64,000 bases of DNA from Candidatus Krumholzibacteriia bacterium. GTDB taxonomy: Bacteria > Krumholzibacteriota > Krumholzibacteriia > LZORAL124-64-63. The position numbers and the translations under genes are program-made. Below the pieces are notes generated by a model, which was not told the DNA's origin, searched no databases, and worked only from the letters and a program-made list of their open reading frames with translations. The stretch covers positions 5,668 to 69,667 of the forward strand of contig DAOTGJ010000006.1 of the NCBI GenBank assembly GCA_035447065.1, read 5' to 3'. This document shows positions 33,142-42,746 of the stretch, one piece after another; the stretch's first letter is position 1; each line of letters opens with the position of its first letter.

Positions 33142-33917
33142 CCGCGCCGGTGGTGCTGCTCACGGACTTCGGTCTGGACGACGTGTACGTGGGCGAGCTC
33201 AAGGCCGCCCTGCTGGCCCAGTGGGAGCGCTGGCCGCGGGAGCGCGGGCGCCCGGCGGTGGTGGACCTGAGCCACGGCGTTCCCGCCGGCGACGTGGCCG
33301 CGGGTGCCTGGCTCCTGGAACGGGCGGCGCCGCGCTTCCCGGCCGGGAGCGTCTTCGTGGCCGTGGTGGACCCCGGCGTGGGCACCGCCCGGCCCGCCGT
33401 GGCCGTCCGCGCCCACGGCCGCATCTCCGTGGCGCCGGGCAACGGCCTGCTGGCTCACCTGGCCGATGCGCCGGACCTGGAGGCGGTGACGCTGGACCCG
33501 GGCTTCGCGGCCCGCGCCACCGGCGCCGCGCCCAGCGCCACCTTCCACGGGCGCGACCTCTTCGCCGTGGCCGCGGCCCACCTGGCCATGGGGGCGCCCC
33601 TGCGTCTGGTGGGGGAGCCGGCCCGGGCCGACGTCCTGGGCGCGCCGCCGCGGCCGGCGCCGGGCCGCGTGGTCTGGATCGACCGCTTCGGCAACGCCGT
33701 CTCCGACGTGCCGGCCCCGACGCAGCCCACGGCGCGCGTGCTCCTGGACGGGCGGCCGGTGGCGGGGCCGTACCGCACCTTCGGCGAAGCGCCGGCCGAC
33801 GTCCCGTTCTGGTACGCGGGCAGCGGCGGCTGCGTGGAGTTCGCCGTGCGCGACGCCCACGGCGCCGAGCGCCACGGCTGGCGGTCCGGTCTGGCCGTCG
33901 CGGTGGAGATTCCGTAG
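33138..33917 (+). CDS. SAM hydroxide adenosyltransferase (DUF62) family protein
   Basis: It starts at GTG overlapping the nhaC stop. The N-terminus 'VVLLTDFGLDDVYVGELKA' is typical of the family. Confidence 0.8.
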   Translation: MTAPVVLLTDFGLDDVYVGELKAALLAQWERWPRERGRPAVVDLSHGVPAGDVAAGAWLLERAAPRFPAGSVFVAVVDPGVGTARPAVAVRAHGRISVAPGNGLLAHLADAPDLEAVTLDPGFAARATGAAPSATFHGRDLFAVAAAHLAMGAPLRLVGEPARADVLGAPPRPAPGRVVWIDRFGNAVSDVPAPTQPTARVLLDGRPVAGPYRTFGEAPADVPFWYAGSGGCVEFAVRDAHGAERHGWRSGLAVAVEIP

Positions 33918-33957
33918 CTTCAAGGCTCGGGCGGCGCGGTGCCGCCGAGGAGGTCCC

Positions 33958-34692
33958 ATGCGCGTTCCCAAGTCCGTCATCGTGCTGGCCGGGCTGATGG
34001 CCCTGGTTCTGCTGAACGGCTGCAGCCGGCCGCCCATCGAGTTCCCCTACGCCGACGAGCGCTACACCTATCCCGACGCCGCCCTGGGCGCGGCCCGCGT
34101 CCACCTGGGCCAGGTGCGCGACGTGCGCCCGCCGGAGCAGCGCCAGGGGGAGGGCCGCTTCCTGGGCATCACCTACCCGGCGGACCGCCGCTGGGCGGCG
34201 CCGGTGGCCCAGCTCTATCGCGAGGCCCTCACGCGGGACCTGGTGCAGACCAGCCTCTGCGAGCTCACGGCCCTGCCGGCCCAGGCGGACTACGTGCTGG
34301 AGGCGGAGATCGAATCCTTCCACGTGCGCATGACCCGCAGCGCCATGAGCTACCTGCTGCCGCCCGCGGCCGGCCTGGTGGGCGGCTTCGCCCTGGGCGA
34401 CGACACGGGCAGCAGCCTGCGCCGCGCCGCCGTGCTTTCCGTGGTGGCCTTCGGCGCCCTGCCCATGCCCGCGGACCAGCACGCCGAGGTGCAGGTGCGT
34501 CTGCTGCTGCGCGACCGCGCCGGCGAGGTGGTCTGGGAGCAGACCTGCCTGGGCGAGGTGGACGACCGCGTGGGCGAGGCCGTGACCGCCCGCCGCGACA
34601 AGCTCTTCGCCGAGCGCTACCTGCCCCAGGCCGTGAAGCGGGCCAACGCCTGCCTGCTGGGCCAGCTCCGCCAGTACCTGGTCTCCAACTGA
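33958..34692 (+). CDS. hypothetical lipoprotein
   Basis: The signal 'MRVPKSVIVLAGLMALVLLNGCS' has a lipobox. I recognised no other domain. Confidence 0.55.
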   Translation: MRVPKSVIVLAGLMALVLLNGCSRPPIEFPYADERYTYPDAALGAARVHLGQVRDVRPPEQRQGEGRFLGITYPADRRWAAPVAQLYREALTRDLVQTSLCELTALPAQADYVLEAEIESFHVRMTRSAMSYLLPPAAGLVGGFALGDDTGSSLRRAAVLSVVAFGALPMPADQHAEVQVRLLLRDRAGEVVWEQTCLGEVDDRVGEAVTARRDKLFAERYLPQAVKRANACLLGQLRQYLVSN

Positions 34693-34707
34693 CGACGCGC
34701 ACCCCCC

Positions 34708-34750
34708 GACGCACGAACCCCGGTCCTCGCGGGCCGGGGTTCGCTGCGTC
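34708..34750. terminator. long GC hairpin between convergent lipoprotein and phoH-like genes
   Basis: A 16-bp stem with one bulge pairs gacgcacgaaccccgg with ccggggttcgctgcgtc. Confidence 0.5.
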
Positions 34751-34768
34751 AGGCGGGGGAGTCGGACC

Positions 34769-36112
34769 TCAGAGCAGGGCCGCCGCCAGGTTCGCCAGCT
34801 CGCTGCGCTCGGTCTTGGCCAGGGTCACGTGCCCGAAGATCGGCTGGCCCTTGAACCGCTCCACCACGTAGGTCAGGCCGTTGCTGGCCGCGTCCAGGTA
34901 GGGGTTGTCGATCTGGTGGGCGTCGCCCGTGAGGATCACCTTGGTGTCCTTGCCCGCGCGGCTGACCACCGTCTTCACCTCGTGGGGCGTGAGGTTCTGC
35001 GCCTCGTCCACGATGATGAACAGCCGCGGCAGGCTGCGCCCGCGGATGTAGGTCACGGCCTCCACCTCGATCATGCCCGTCTCGAAGAGGTAGTCCACCT
35101 TCTCGCTGCTCTGCTCCAGCTGGGGATCCACCAGGTACTGGAGGTTGTCGAAGATGGGCTCCATCCAGCTCTCCAGCTTCTCCTCCTTGGTGCCGGGCAG
35201 GTAGCCGATGTCCTTGCCCAGGGGCATGATGGGCCGCGAGACCATGATGCGCCGGTAGACCTTCTCGTCGGCCACCTTGTGCAGGCCGGCGGCCAGGGCC
35301 ATGAGCGTCTTGCCGGTGCCGGCCTGGCCCAGCATGGTCACCAGGCGGATGTCGTCGCGCAGGAGCAGCTCCAGGGCGAAGCGCTGCTGCAGGTTCAGGG
35401 GCTGCAGGCCCCAGGGGCGCGTGTCCTCGTGGACCAGGCGCTCGATGCGGCCGGAGTCCTTGCGCCAGATGCCGGGCGCGGTCTGCTTGGGGTTGGCCGT
35501 GCTGCGCAGCAGGATGCCTTCGTTGGGGTGGAACGCGCCTTCCACGTGCACGGGCTCGTCGGCGTAGAAGGCGTTGATCACGTCGGGAGCCACGTCCACC
35601 TCGGACCAGCCGCTGTACAGCTTGTCCATGTCCACGGTGCTGCGGGTGAGGTCCTCGGAGCGGATGCCCAGGGCGTCGCCCTTGACCCGGGCGTTGATGT
35701 CCTTGGTGACGAAGACCACCTCGATGCCCTGGGACGCCAGGTAGACCGCCGTGGCCAGGATGCGGTTGTCGGGGATCTTGCGGTCCATGCCCTGGGGGAG
35801 GAACTCGCCGTAGTCGTCCACCATCACGAAGAGGCGGCCGCCGCCGGCGGGACGGGGCACCCCCTCGCGCAGGTTGCCGCGCCGCCGCAGCTCGTCCACG
35901 GTGCGGATCACGTGGCGGGCGTTGCGGCCGCGCAGGTCGTTCTCGCGCTTGAAGCGGTCCAGCTCCTCCAGCACGTCCACCGTCAGCACGATGTGGTGCT
36001 CGTCGAAGGCTTCGAGCACCGTGGCGTCGTGGAGCAGCACGTTGGTGTCCAGCAGGTAGCAGCGGCCGTCCATGGCCGCGAGCTTCACGCCGTTGAGCTT
36101 GGTCTGGCCCAT
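34769..36112 (-). CDS. PhoH-like ATPase with N-terminal PIN domain (YlaK-like)
   Basis: It has an N-terminal PIN ('YLLDTNVLLHD'), a Walker A 'GQAGTGKT' and 'IIVDEAQNLTPHEVKTVVSRAG'. A GGAGGG RBS lies upstream of ATG 36112. Confidence 0.85.
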   Translation of the reverse strand: MGQTKLNGVKLAAMDGRCYLLDTNVLLHDATVLEAFDEHHIVLTVDVLEELDRFKRENDLRGRNARHVIRTVDELRRRGNLREGVPRPAGGGRLFVMVDDYGEFLPQGMDRKIPDNRILATAVYLASQGIEVVFVTKDINARVKGDALGIRSEDLTRSTVDMDKLYSGWSEVDVAPDVINAFYADEPVHVEGAFHPNEGILLRSTANPKQTAPGIWRKDSGRIERLVHEDTRPWGLQPLNLQQRFALELLLRDDIRLVTMLGQAGTGKTLMALAAGLHKVADEKVYRRIMVSRPIMPLGKDIGYLPGTKEEKLESWMEPIFDNLQYLVDPQLEQSSEKVDYLFETGMIEVEAVTYIRGRSLPRLFIIVDEAQNLTPHEVKTVVSRAGKDTKVILTGDAHQIDNPYLDAASNGLTYVVERFKGQPIFGHVTLAKTERSELANLAAALL

Positions 36113-36369
36113 GGGTCCCTCCGGGAATGCGGGGCTGACGGGTGCGGGGCGACGGGATCCGGCGCGTTCGGGGCCGGATCCGGCCGATCCTAGCGCGATT
36201 CGGGGCATCCTGCAGCAGGAGAATCAGATTGCGTGGCGACTTGCGAAACATGCATGAACAGCAAAAAATATCCTGCGCAAATGCTCAGGACAGGCTATCA
36301 TTGAATGGCCGTCAGGAAAATATCGCCCGAGTGGCGAAAAAGAGCCGTCAGCCCCCTCAAGGAGAGGCC

Positions 36370-37764
36370 ATGAGCAAGTCCCAGCGGATGTCCAAGCTGT
36401 CCTTCGCGAAAGGCGTGATCGCCCCGGAAGCCGAGCGCCAGGCCCTCCTGCAGCGCATGAAGGAGGACCAGGTGCGCTTCCTGCGCCTCATGTTCTCCGA
36501 CATCCAGGGCCACAGCAAGAACGTGGAGGTGCCGGAGGGCCAGTTCGAGAAGGCCCTGCGCGGCGAGATCATGTTCGACGGCTCCAGCATCGAGGGCTTC
36601 ACCCGCATCGAGGAGTCCGACATGCTCCTGGTGCCGGACCTGGCCAGCTACGTGGTGTTCCCCTTCGACGGGATCCAGGGCAAGGAGGCGCGCCTGATCT
36701 GCGACGTCTACAACGCCGACTACACCCCCTTCGACGGCTGCCCCCGCCTGACCCTCAAGCGCGTCATCGCCAAGCTGAACGCCCTGGGCTACCACCCGGT
36801 GACGGGCCCGGAGGTGGAGTTCTTCCTCTTCGAGCGCGATGAGAACGGCGTGCCCACCACCCGCACCCACGACGCCGGCGGCTACTTCGACCTGCTGCCC
36901 GTGGATCGGGGCGAGGAGTGCCGCCGCGACATCGTGAACGCCCTGGAGGCCATGGGCTTCGAGATCGAGGCCGCCCATCACGAGGTGGCCCCCGGCCAGC
37001 ACGAGATCGACTTCAAGTACGCCGACGCCCTGACCTCGGCGGACTACGTGATGACCTTCAAGATGATCGTGAAGATGATCGCCCTGGACTACGGCCTGCA
37101 CGCCACCTTCATGCCCAAGCCCATCTTCGGGGAGAACGGCAGCGGCATGCACGTGCACCAGTCGCTGCTGAAGGAGAAGGGCGGCAAGCTGGTCAACGCC
37201 TTCTACGATCCCGACGCGGACTACGAGATGAGCTCGGTCATGACCAGCTACATCGCCGGCATCCTCAAGCACGCGCGGTCCTTCGTGGGCGTGACCAACC
37301 CCACGGTGAACTCCTACAAGCGCCTGGTGCCCGGCTACGAGGCCCCCATCAACGTGGCCTGGTCCGAGCACAACCGCTCGCCCCTGGCCCGCGTGCCGGC
37401 CCGCCGCGGCGAGGGCACCCGCGTGGAGGTGCGCGTGCCGGACCCGAGCTGCAACCCCTACCTGGCCTTCGCGGCCATGCTCACCGCCGGCCTGGACGGC
37501 GTGCGCAACAACCTGGAGCTGGGCGAGCCGGTGAACAAGAACATCTTCACCATGAGCCAGCGCGAGAAGAGCCGCCTGAAGATCACCCAGCTTCCCGCCA
37601 ACCTGGGCGAGGCCACGCAGCTGCTGGCCAAGTCCAAGCTCATGCGCGAGGCCCTGGGCGAGCACATCTTCACCCAGTTCGTGGCGCACCGGGAGCAGAC
37701 CTGGGGCGAGTACATCAGCCAGGTCCACGCCTGGGAGCTGGACCGCTACCTGAACGTGCACTGA
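36370..37764 (+). CDS. glnA: glutamine synthetase type I
   Basis: It has 'FDGSSIEGF', 'GPEVEFFLF', 'APGQHEIDFKYADAL', 'KPIFGENGSGMHVHQS' and 'NPTVNSYKRLVPGYEAP'. Confidence 0.95.
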   Translation: MSKSQRMSKLSFAKGVIAPEAERQALLQRMKEDQVRFLRLMFSDIQGHSKNVEVPEGQFEKALRGEIMFDGSSIEGFTRIEESDMLLVPDLASYVVFPFDGIQGKEARLICDVYNADYTPFDGCPRLTLKRVIAKLNALGYHPVTGPEVEFFLFERDENGVPTTRTHDAGGYFDLLPVDRGEECRRDIVNALEAMGFEIEAAHHEVAPGQHEIDFKYADALTSADYVMTFKMIVKMIALDYGLHATFMPKPIFGENGSGMHVHQSLLKEKGGKLVNAFYDPDADYEMSSVMTSYIAGILKHARSFVGVTNPTVNSYKRLVPGYEAPINVAWSEHNRSPLARVPARRGEGTRVEVRVPDPSCNPYLAFAAMLTAGLDGVRNNLELGEPVNKNIFTMSQREKSRLKITQLPANLGEATQLLAKSKLMREALGEHIFTQFVAHREQTWGEYISQVHAWELDRYLNVH

Positions 37765-37770
37765 CCGCGC

Positions 37771-37803
37771 GGGGGGCGGGCCGATTTCTCTGGCCCGCCC
37801 CCG
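37771..37803 (+). terminator. GC hairpin terminator after glnA
   Basis: A perfect 11-bp stem gggggcgggcc/ggcccgccccc with a 9-nt U-rich loop gauuucucu starts 7 nt after the stop. Confidence 0.5.
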
Positions 37804-37817
37804 TCCTCCACGCTAGG

Positions 37818-38282
37818 ATGCGGCCCATGAACGCCCGCATCCTCCTGCTGATCAGCCTGACGCTCCTGCCCGCCGCCGCCGGCGCCGCCGACCTCCGCGT
37901 GGAGGTGCGGTCCGCGGACGTGCGCCAGGAAACCCTGGCCGACGGGCGCGTTGTGCGCACCTGGAGCTGGGGCGTGCTGACCACCGCCGCGGAGCTGCCC
38001 GTGACCGACGCCGCCGACGCCCTGGCCCTGCCCCTGCAGGGCGACGTGACCGTGCACGGTCCCCGCGACGCCGAGGGCATGGCGCCGTTGCTCCTGCTGG
38101 CCGACGGCCTGGTCCTGGCCGTGGACGGCGACGTGTCCGTGGACACCCGCGACGACGCCACGGTGATCGGGCCGCCGGACGCCCCCGTGCATCCCGGCGC
38201 CGCCATCGCCCTCTTCCTGGCCATCCTCATCCTCACGGCGCTCATGCTGCGCCAGACCCGCCGCAGCCTCGCCGCCCGATGA
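37818..38282 (+). CDS. small exported protein with C-terminal TM helix + basic tail
   Basis: It has a signal peptide 'MNARILLLISLTLLPAAAGAA' and the C-terminus 'PGAAIALFLAILILTALMLRQTRRSLAAR'. Its stop overlaps the downstream ligase start as ATGA. Confidence 0.45.
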   Translation: MRPMNARILLLISLTLLPAAAGAADLRVEVRSADVRQETLADGRVVRTWSWGVLTTAAELPVTDAADALALPLQGDVTVHGPRDAEGMAPLLLLADGLVLAVDGDVSVDTRDDATVIGPPDAPVHPGAAIALFLAILILTALMLRQTRRSLAAR

Positions 38283-39634
38283 GCGCCGTCGCCGGCATCC
38301 GACGCCTGGGGGAGGCCGCCTTCCTCGTCGGCACCGCCGGCCTGGGCTGGATCGGCGTGGGGCTGATCCACCTGCTGACCGGCCGCGACGTGGGGGCCGG
38401 CCTGCAGCCGTCGTACGTGGCCTTCGCGGTGGCCGGGATCTGCGCCTTCGCGGCCGAGCCGGAGTTCCGCCGCCGCCTCACCGACGGCCGCTTCCTGGCG
38501 CCGCTCTGGTGGCTTGCCCTGGCGGCCCTCCTGCTGTCGGCGCTGGGTCTGCGCGCGGCGCCCTCCGGCGTTCCCATGGCGGAGGCCCTGGCCCGCTGGG
38601 GCCGGCAGGTGGTCCAATGGGCCGTGATGGCCGCCGTGGCCCTGATCACCGCCCACCGGCTGGACCAACCCGCCGCCCGTCGTCCCTTCGCCCTGGCCCT
38701 GGCCGCGGGGGTGCTGCTGCAGGGCGTCTACGCAGCGCTCCAGACGTGGCAGTTCGCCGATCCGCGGCCCTGGTTCCTGGCCCTGGAGCGCGTGGCCACC
38801 AGCAATCCGGCCATCCTCTCCGGTTCGGAGGAGCTGTATCTGGGCCATGCCTTCACGGGCATCCCGCGGGTGCGAGGCACGGCCTGCGAACCGCTCTATC
38901 TGGGGAACCTGCTCCTGATGTCGCTGCCGTTCCTGATGCTGCCCGGCACGGGACGGCGGCTGGCATGGGGGGCGGCGGCGACGGGCCTGGTCCTGCTGCT
39001 GGCCACCTGGTCCCGTGGCGCCTGGCTCGGGGGCGTGGCGGCCGCGGTCACGGCGGGGGGGCTGGCCTGGAGCGCCGGGCATCGGCCGGGACGGCGGCTG
39101 CTGGGCGCCGTGGGCGCCGCCCTGGTCCTGGCTGCGGCGGGCCTGGCCCTGCTGGCCGGTCCCCAGGCCCTGACCCTCCTGGTCGACCGCCTGCGCCAAT
39201 CCCTGGTCATGGAGGACTGGTCCAATCTCACCCGGCTCTACTCCATGCATGCCGCCTGGAAGGCCTTCCTGCTCAGCCCCTGGGTCGGGATCGGCTGGGG
39301 GCAGTTCGGCTATCATTTCCCGCTGCTGACGACGCCCGAGGGCCTGCAGAGCCAGTTCGATTGGCCGGTGGTCAACAACTACCCCCTGCAGGTCCTGGCC
39401 GAGACCGGGCTGGCGGGCTTCCTGGTCCTGGCGGCGGGGGCGGGGGCGGCGGCGCGGCGTCTGCTGCGGGCGTGCCGGACGGATGCGGATCCCTGGCGCG
39501 TGGCCGCCGCGGCCGCGGCCGTGGGCGTGGGCGTGCAGCTCCTGTCCTTTTCCCAGTACAACCTGCCCCATATCTGGGTCGCCGTGGGCGCCCTGCTGGC
39601 CGCCGCGGCGCCGCGCCATGGGGAGGCGACGTGA
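38279..39634 (+). CDS. O-antigen ligase family protein (Wzy_C domain; WaaL/PglL-like)
   Basis: The 451-aa polytopic membrane protein has 'ATWSRGAWLGG', the RGxW motif of the Wzy_C family. Confidence 0.75.
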   Translation: MSAVAGIRRLGEAAFLVGTAGLGWIGVGLIHLLTGRDVGAGLQPSYVAFAVAGICAFAAEPEFRRRLTDGRFLAPLWWLALAALLLSALGLRAAPSGVPMAEALARWGRQVVQWAVMAAVALITAHRLDQPAARRPFALALAAGVLLQGVYAALQTWQFADPRPWFLALERVATSNPAILSGSEELYLGHAFTGIPRVRGTACEPLYLGNLLLMSLPFLMLPGTGRRLAWGAAATGLVLLLATWSRGAWLGGVAAAVTAGGLAWSAGHRPGRRLLGAVGAALVLAAAGLALLAGPQALTLLVDRLRQSLVMEDWSNLTRLYSMHAAWKAFLLSPWVGIGWGQFGYHFPLLTTPEGLQSQFDWPVVNNYPLQVLAETGLAGFLVLAAGAGAAARRLLRACRTDADPWRVAAAAAAVGVGVQLLSFSQYNLPHIWVAVGALLAAAAPRHGEAT

Positions 39635-40743
39635 CGCGCCGGCACGTGGTGCTGGACGCCACGGCGGCGCGGCCGCCCTTGACCGGCGTGGGCTGGTCCA
39701 TGGTGGAGGTGGCGCGGGCCCTGGCGGAGACGGCCCCCGCAGACCTGCGCTTCACCCTGCTGTGCGAGGATCCCGAGCCGTTCGCGGCGGCGGCTGCGGC
39801 GGGCTGGCCGCTCCGCGTGCTGGAGCTGGGCCACGGCCGCGGAGCCCGCATCCTCCGGGCCCAGACCCGCGTGGGGGCGGCGGCGCAGGAGCTGCGGGCC
39901 GACCTGCTGCACTGCCTGACCATGCCCGGAGTCCTGCGTCCGCCATGCCCCCTGGCGGTCACCGTGCATGACCTGGCGTATCTCCATGTTCCGGGCACCA
40001 TCGAAGGACCGCGGCGCCTCTGGTACCGCATGGCGGTGCCGCGGGGGCTGGCGCGGGCCGACCGGATCCTGACCAATTCCCGGCACACCGCCCAGGAGGT
40101 GGCCGCGGCCTTCCCCGGCGCCCGCGACCGCATCCGGGTGACTCCCTTCGGCACGCCCAGCTGGACGGCGGGGGCGCCCCGAGCTCCCGAGGAACCGGCG
40201 GCCGATGCGCCGTTCCTCTTCGTGGGCGCCCTGGAACCGCGCAAGAACCTGGGCCGCATCCTGGACGCCCTGGAGCTCCTGCACGCCCGTCGCGCGGAGG
40301 CGCCGGCGCTCCACGTGGTGGGGGCGCCGGGCTGGCGCAACACGGACCTCCTGGCCCGCCTGGATCGGCTGCAGGAGGCGGGGCTGGTCCGCTGGGAGGG
40401 GCACCTGCGGCACGCGGATTTGCAGCAGAGGCTCGTTTCGGCCCGAGCCTTGCTATTGCCGTCCTTGCACGAGGGCTTCGGATTCCCGATCCTCGAGGGG
40501 ATGGCCCTCGGCATCCCGGTCATCACGTCGGATCGCGGCGCCATGCGGGAGGTGGGGGGCGAGGACGCCCTCCTGGTGGATCCCGAGGCGCCCGAGGCCA
40601 TCGCGGCGGCCATGGAGACCGTCCTGGACCACCGCGGGCTCATGACGGACCTCGTGCGCCGCGGTCGGGAACGGGCCGCGGCCCGGACATGGAGCGTCGC
40701 GGCCGAAGCCACCTTGGCGGCGTATCGCGAGGTCCTGGCCTGA
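39631..40743 (+). CDS. glycosyltransferase family 4
   Basis: It starts at GTG overlapping the upstream stop and has 'LLPSLHEGFGFPILEGMALGIPVITSDRGAMREV'. Confidence 0.85.
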   Translation: MTRRHVVLDATAARPPLTGVGWSMVEVARALAETAPADLRFTLLCEDPEPFAAAAAAGWPLRVLELGHGRGARILRAQTRVGAAAQELRADLLHCLTMPGVLRPPCPLAVTVHDLAYLHVPGTIEGPRRLWYRMAVPRGLARADRILTNSRHTAQEVAAAFPGARDRIRVTPFGTPSWTAGAPRAPEEPAADAPFLFVGALEPRKNLGRILDALELLHARRAEAPALHVVGAPGWRNTDLLARLDRLQEAGLVRWEGHLRHADLQQRLVSARALLLPSLHEGFGFPILEGMALGIPVITSDRGAMREVGGEDALLVDPEAPEAIAAAMETVLDHRGLMTDLVRRGRERAAARTWSVAAEATLAAYREVLA

Positions 40744-40849
40744 GGCTCCGGCCGGTCAGCTTTTTCATTGTCAGCGGAACCCGCTTGACCTACCGTATCC
40801 TGTTGGCGTTCGGGACGGAGCCGACGCCCGGGGACCGGGAGAAACCAAT

Positions 40850-42133
40850 TTGGGCATGGACACCACCATCGTGCTGGCCGCCATCACCGCCACGGTGATC
40901 TCCTGGCTGGTGCAACCGCACTTCCGGAGTCTGGGATTCCTCACGGGGATCGTGGATCATCCCGGCTATCGCCGCACCCATCGGGAACCCGTGCCGCGCA
41001 CGGGCGGCATGGCCATCTTCATCTCCTTCTTCGTCACCCTGTTCATCCTGGACAAGCTGGTCCTGATCGATCCCCTGCCCTGGACCTGGCTGGGCGCCCT
41101 GGGCGGCGCCGGCCTGGCCATCATGGCCCTGGGCGTGGGGGACGACCGCTTCCACATCCATGCGGAGAAGAAGCTCTACGGCCAGCTCCTGGTGATCCTG
41201 GGCCTGATGATCGTGGGGGAGCGGCTGGAGACGGTCACGCTGCCCTTCGCCGGCGCGGTGCACCTGGGCGGCTGGTCCTGGCCCATCACGCTGCTGTGGT
41301 ACCTGGGCTTCGTGAACAGCATGAACCTGATCGACGGCCTGGACGGCCTGGCCAGCGGGCTGGGCCTGGTGGTGGCCGCCACCATCGCCGTCATCGCGGG
41401 CGCCCTGGGCGACCGCTTCTCCCTGCTCGTGGCCGCCACCCTGAGCGGCGCCATCGTCTCCTTCCTGTACTGGAACGTGAGCCGGCGGAAGATCTTCCTG
41501 GGCGATTCCGGCAGCATGTGGCTGGGCCTGGCCCTGGGCGGCCTGCTCATGCATCTGGCCCAGCGGCCGGGCGTGCCCCTGCTGCTGCTGATGGCTCCCA
41601 TGCTGGTCCCCATCTGGGATACCGGCACCACCATCATCCGCCGCTACCGCAAGCGCACGTCGATCTTCGAGGCCGACGACTTCCACCTCCATCACCGCCT
41701 GGTGCGGCTGGGCTTCCGTCCGTCCACCACCGTGGCCCTGCTCATGCTGGTGACGGTGGGCGCGGTGCTCTTCGCCCTCTCGGACTTCCTGCACCTGGCC
41801 TGGTTGGGCCTGCCCGCCCTGGGCTGCTGGCTCTGGCCCCTGCGCATGTGGGCCAACCGGCGGCGTCAGGATCTGGGCGCCGGCCAGCTGGACTTCTTCA
41901 CCGAGCTGCTCTTCGTGGCCGGTCTGGACGATCCGGCCGAACGCGAGGGCGCCAGGGAGACGCGGCAGGTGGCCGAGATCATCGACATCCAGGCCGAGCG
42001 CGAGCGCGTGGCCGGGATCGTGGCCGCCGCCTCGGGCCAGGACGACACCGCCACGCCCGACGTGGTTCCCGAGCCCAAACGCGGCGGATCCTCCCATGTC
42101 GTTCTCACCTCTGCCAAAGACCCTGATCGCTGA
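40850..42133 (+). CDS. wecA: undecaprenyl-phosphate sugar-1-phosphate transferase (WecA/MraY family)
   Basis: It has 'NLIDGLDGLASG', 'FLGDSGSMWLG', and multiple TM helices. The C-terminal ~80 aa are an acidic soluble tail. Confidence 0.8.
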   Translation: MGMDTTIVLAAITATVISWLVQPHFRSLGFLTGIVDHPGYRRTHREPVPRTGGMAIFISFFVTLFILDKLVLIDPLPWTWLGALGGAGLAIMALGVGDDRFHIHAEKKLYGQLLVILGLMIVGERLETVTLPFAGAVHLGGWSWPITLLWYLGFVNSMNLIDGLDGLASGLGLVVAATIAVIAGALGDRFSLLVAATLSGAIVSFLYWNVSRRKIFLGDSGSMWLGLALGGLLMHLAQRPGVPLLLLMAPMLVPIWDTGTTIIRRYRKRTSIFEADDFHLHHRLVRLGFRPSTTVALLMLVTVGAVLFALSDFLHLAWLGLPALGCWLWPLRMWANRRRQDLGAGQLDFFTELLFVAGLDDPAEREGARETRQVAEIIDIQAERERVAGIVAAASGQDDTATPDVVPEPKRGGSSHVVLTSAKDPDR

Positions 42134-42746
42134 CCTGGCCCGCCCCGGGTCCGGCCCCGTGGTGGACCTGGGCTGCGGCGACGGCCGCTTCGGAGACCGG
42201 CTGCGGGAGCATCATCCGGCCGGGATCTACGGCCTGGACCGCTCCCGCGGACCGCATGTGCGGGCCGCGGCGATCGCGGACGTGGATCGGCCGCCGCTGC
42301 GGGACGGGGGCTGCGGGCTCCTCGTGGCCGCCAACCTCCTGCGCCACCTGCCGCACCCCGCGGCGGCCGTCGCGGCCTGGCGTCGGGCCTTGCGCCCGGA
42401 CGGCGTGCTGTGGATCCTGGAGGACGAGCCCGCCGCCGCCGCGGGACCCGGCGGCCTCTACCGTGACCTTCAGGGCTGGCTGGTGCGGCACGGTCCGCCC
42501 GGACGGGGCGCGCTGCTGCCGCAGCGGCGGGCCCGGGAGCTGCTGGACGACGGGCCGGGGTGGCGCTGGGGCGGCTTCGTGAACCAGGAGGCCCTGCGGG
42601 ATCCCGCGGCCCTGCTCGCGGGATTGCGGGCCGCGGCGGCCGGGGGAGACGCGGCGGCGGCCGTCCTGGCCGACCGCCTGGAGCGGGAATCCTTCGCGTA
42701 CGGCGAGGCCTGGTGGGCCCGCTGGCAACAGGAGGCGGTGGCGTGA
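42096..42746 (+). CDS. class I SAM-dependent methyltransferase
   Basis: It has the SAM motif I 'VVDLGCGDGRFG'. It overlaps the wecA-like gene by 38 nt, so the start is uncertain. Confidence 0.6.
   Translation: MSFSPLPKTLIADLARPGSGPVVDLGCGDGRFGDRLREHHPAGIYGLDRSRGPHVRAAAIADVDRPPLRDGGCGLLVAANLLRHLPHPAAAVAAWRRALRPDGVLWILEDEPAAAAGPGGLYRDLQGWLVRHGPPGRGALLPQRRARELLDDGPGWRWGGFVNQEALRDPAALLAGLRAAAAGGDAAAAVLADRLERESFAYGEAWWARWQQEAVA

Noticed and set aside
36250-36300. Possible sigma54 (-24/-12) promoter 'TGGCGACTTGCG' / 'TGGCGAAAAAGAGC' upstream of glnA
   Set aside because: The spacing between the GG and GC elements does not match the TGGCAC-N5-TTGC consensus; it is 4 short in one case and 1 short in the other.
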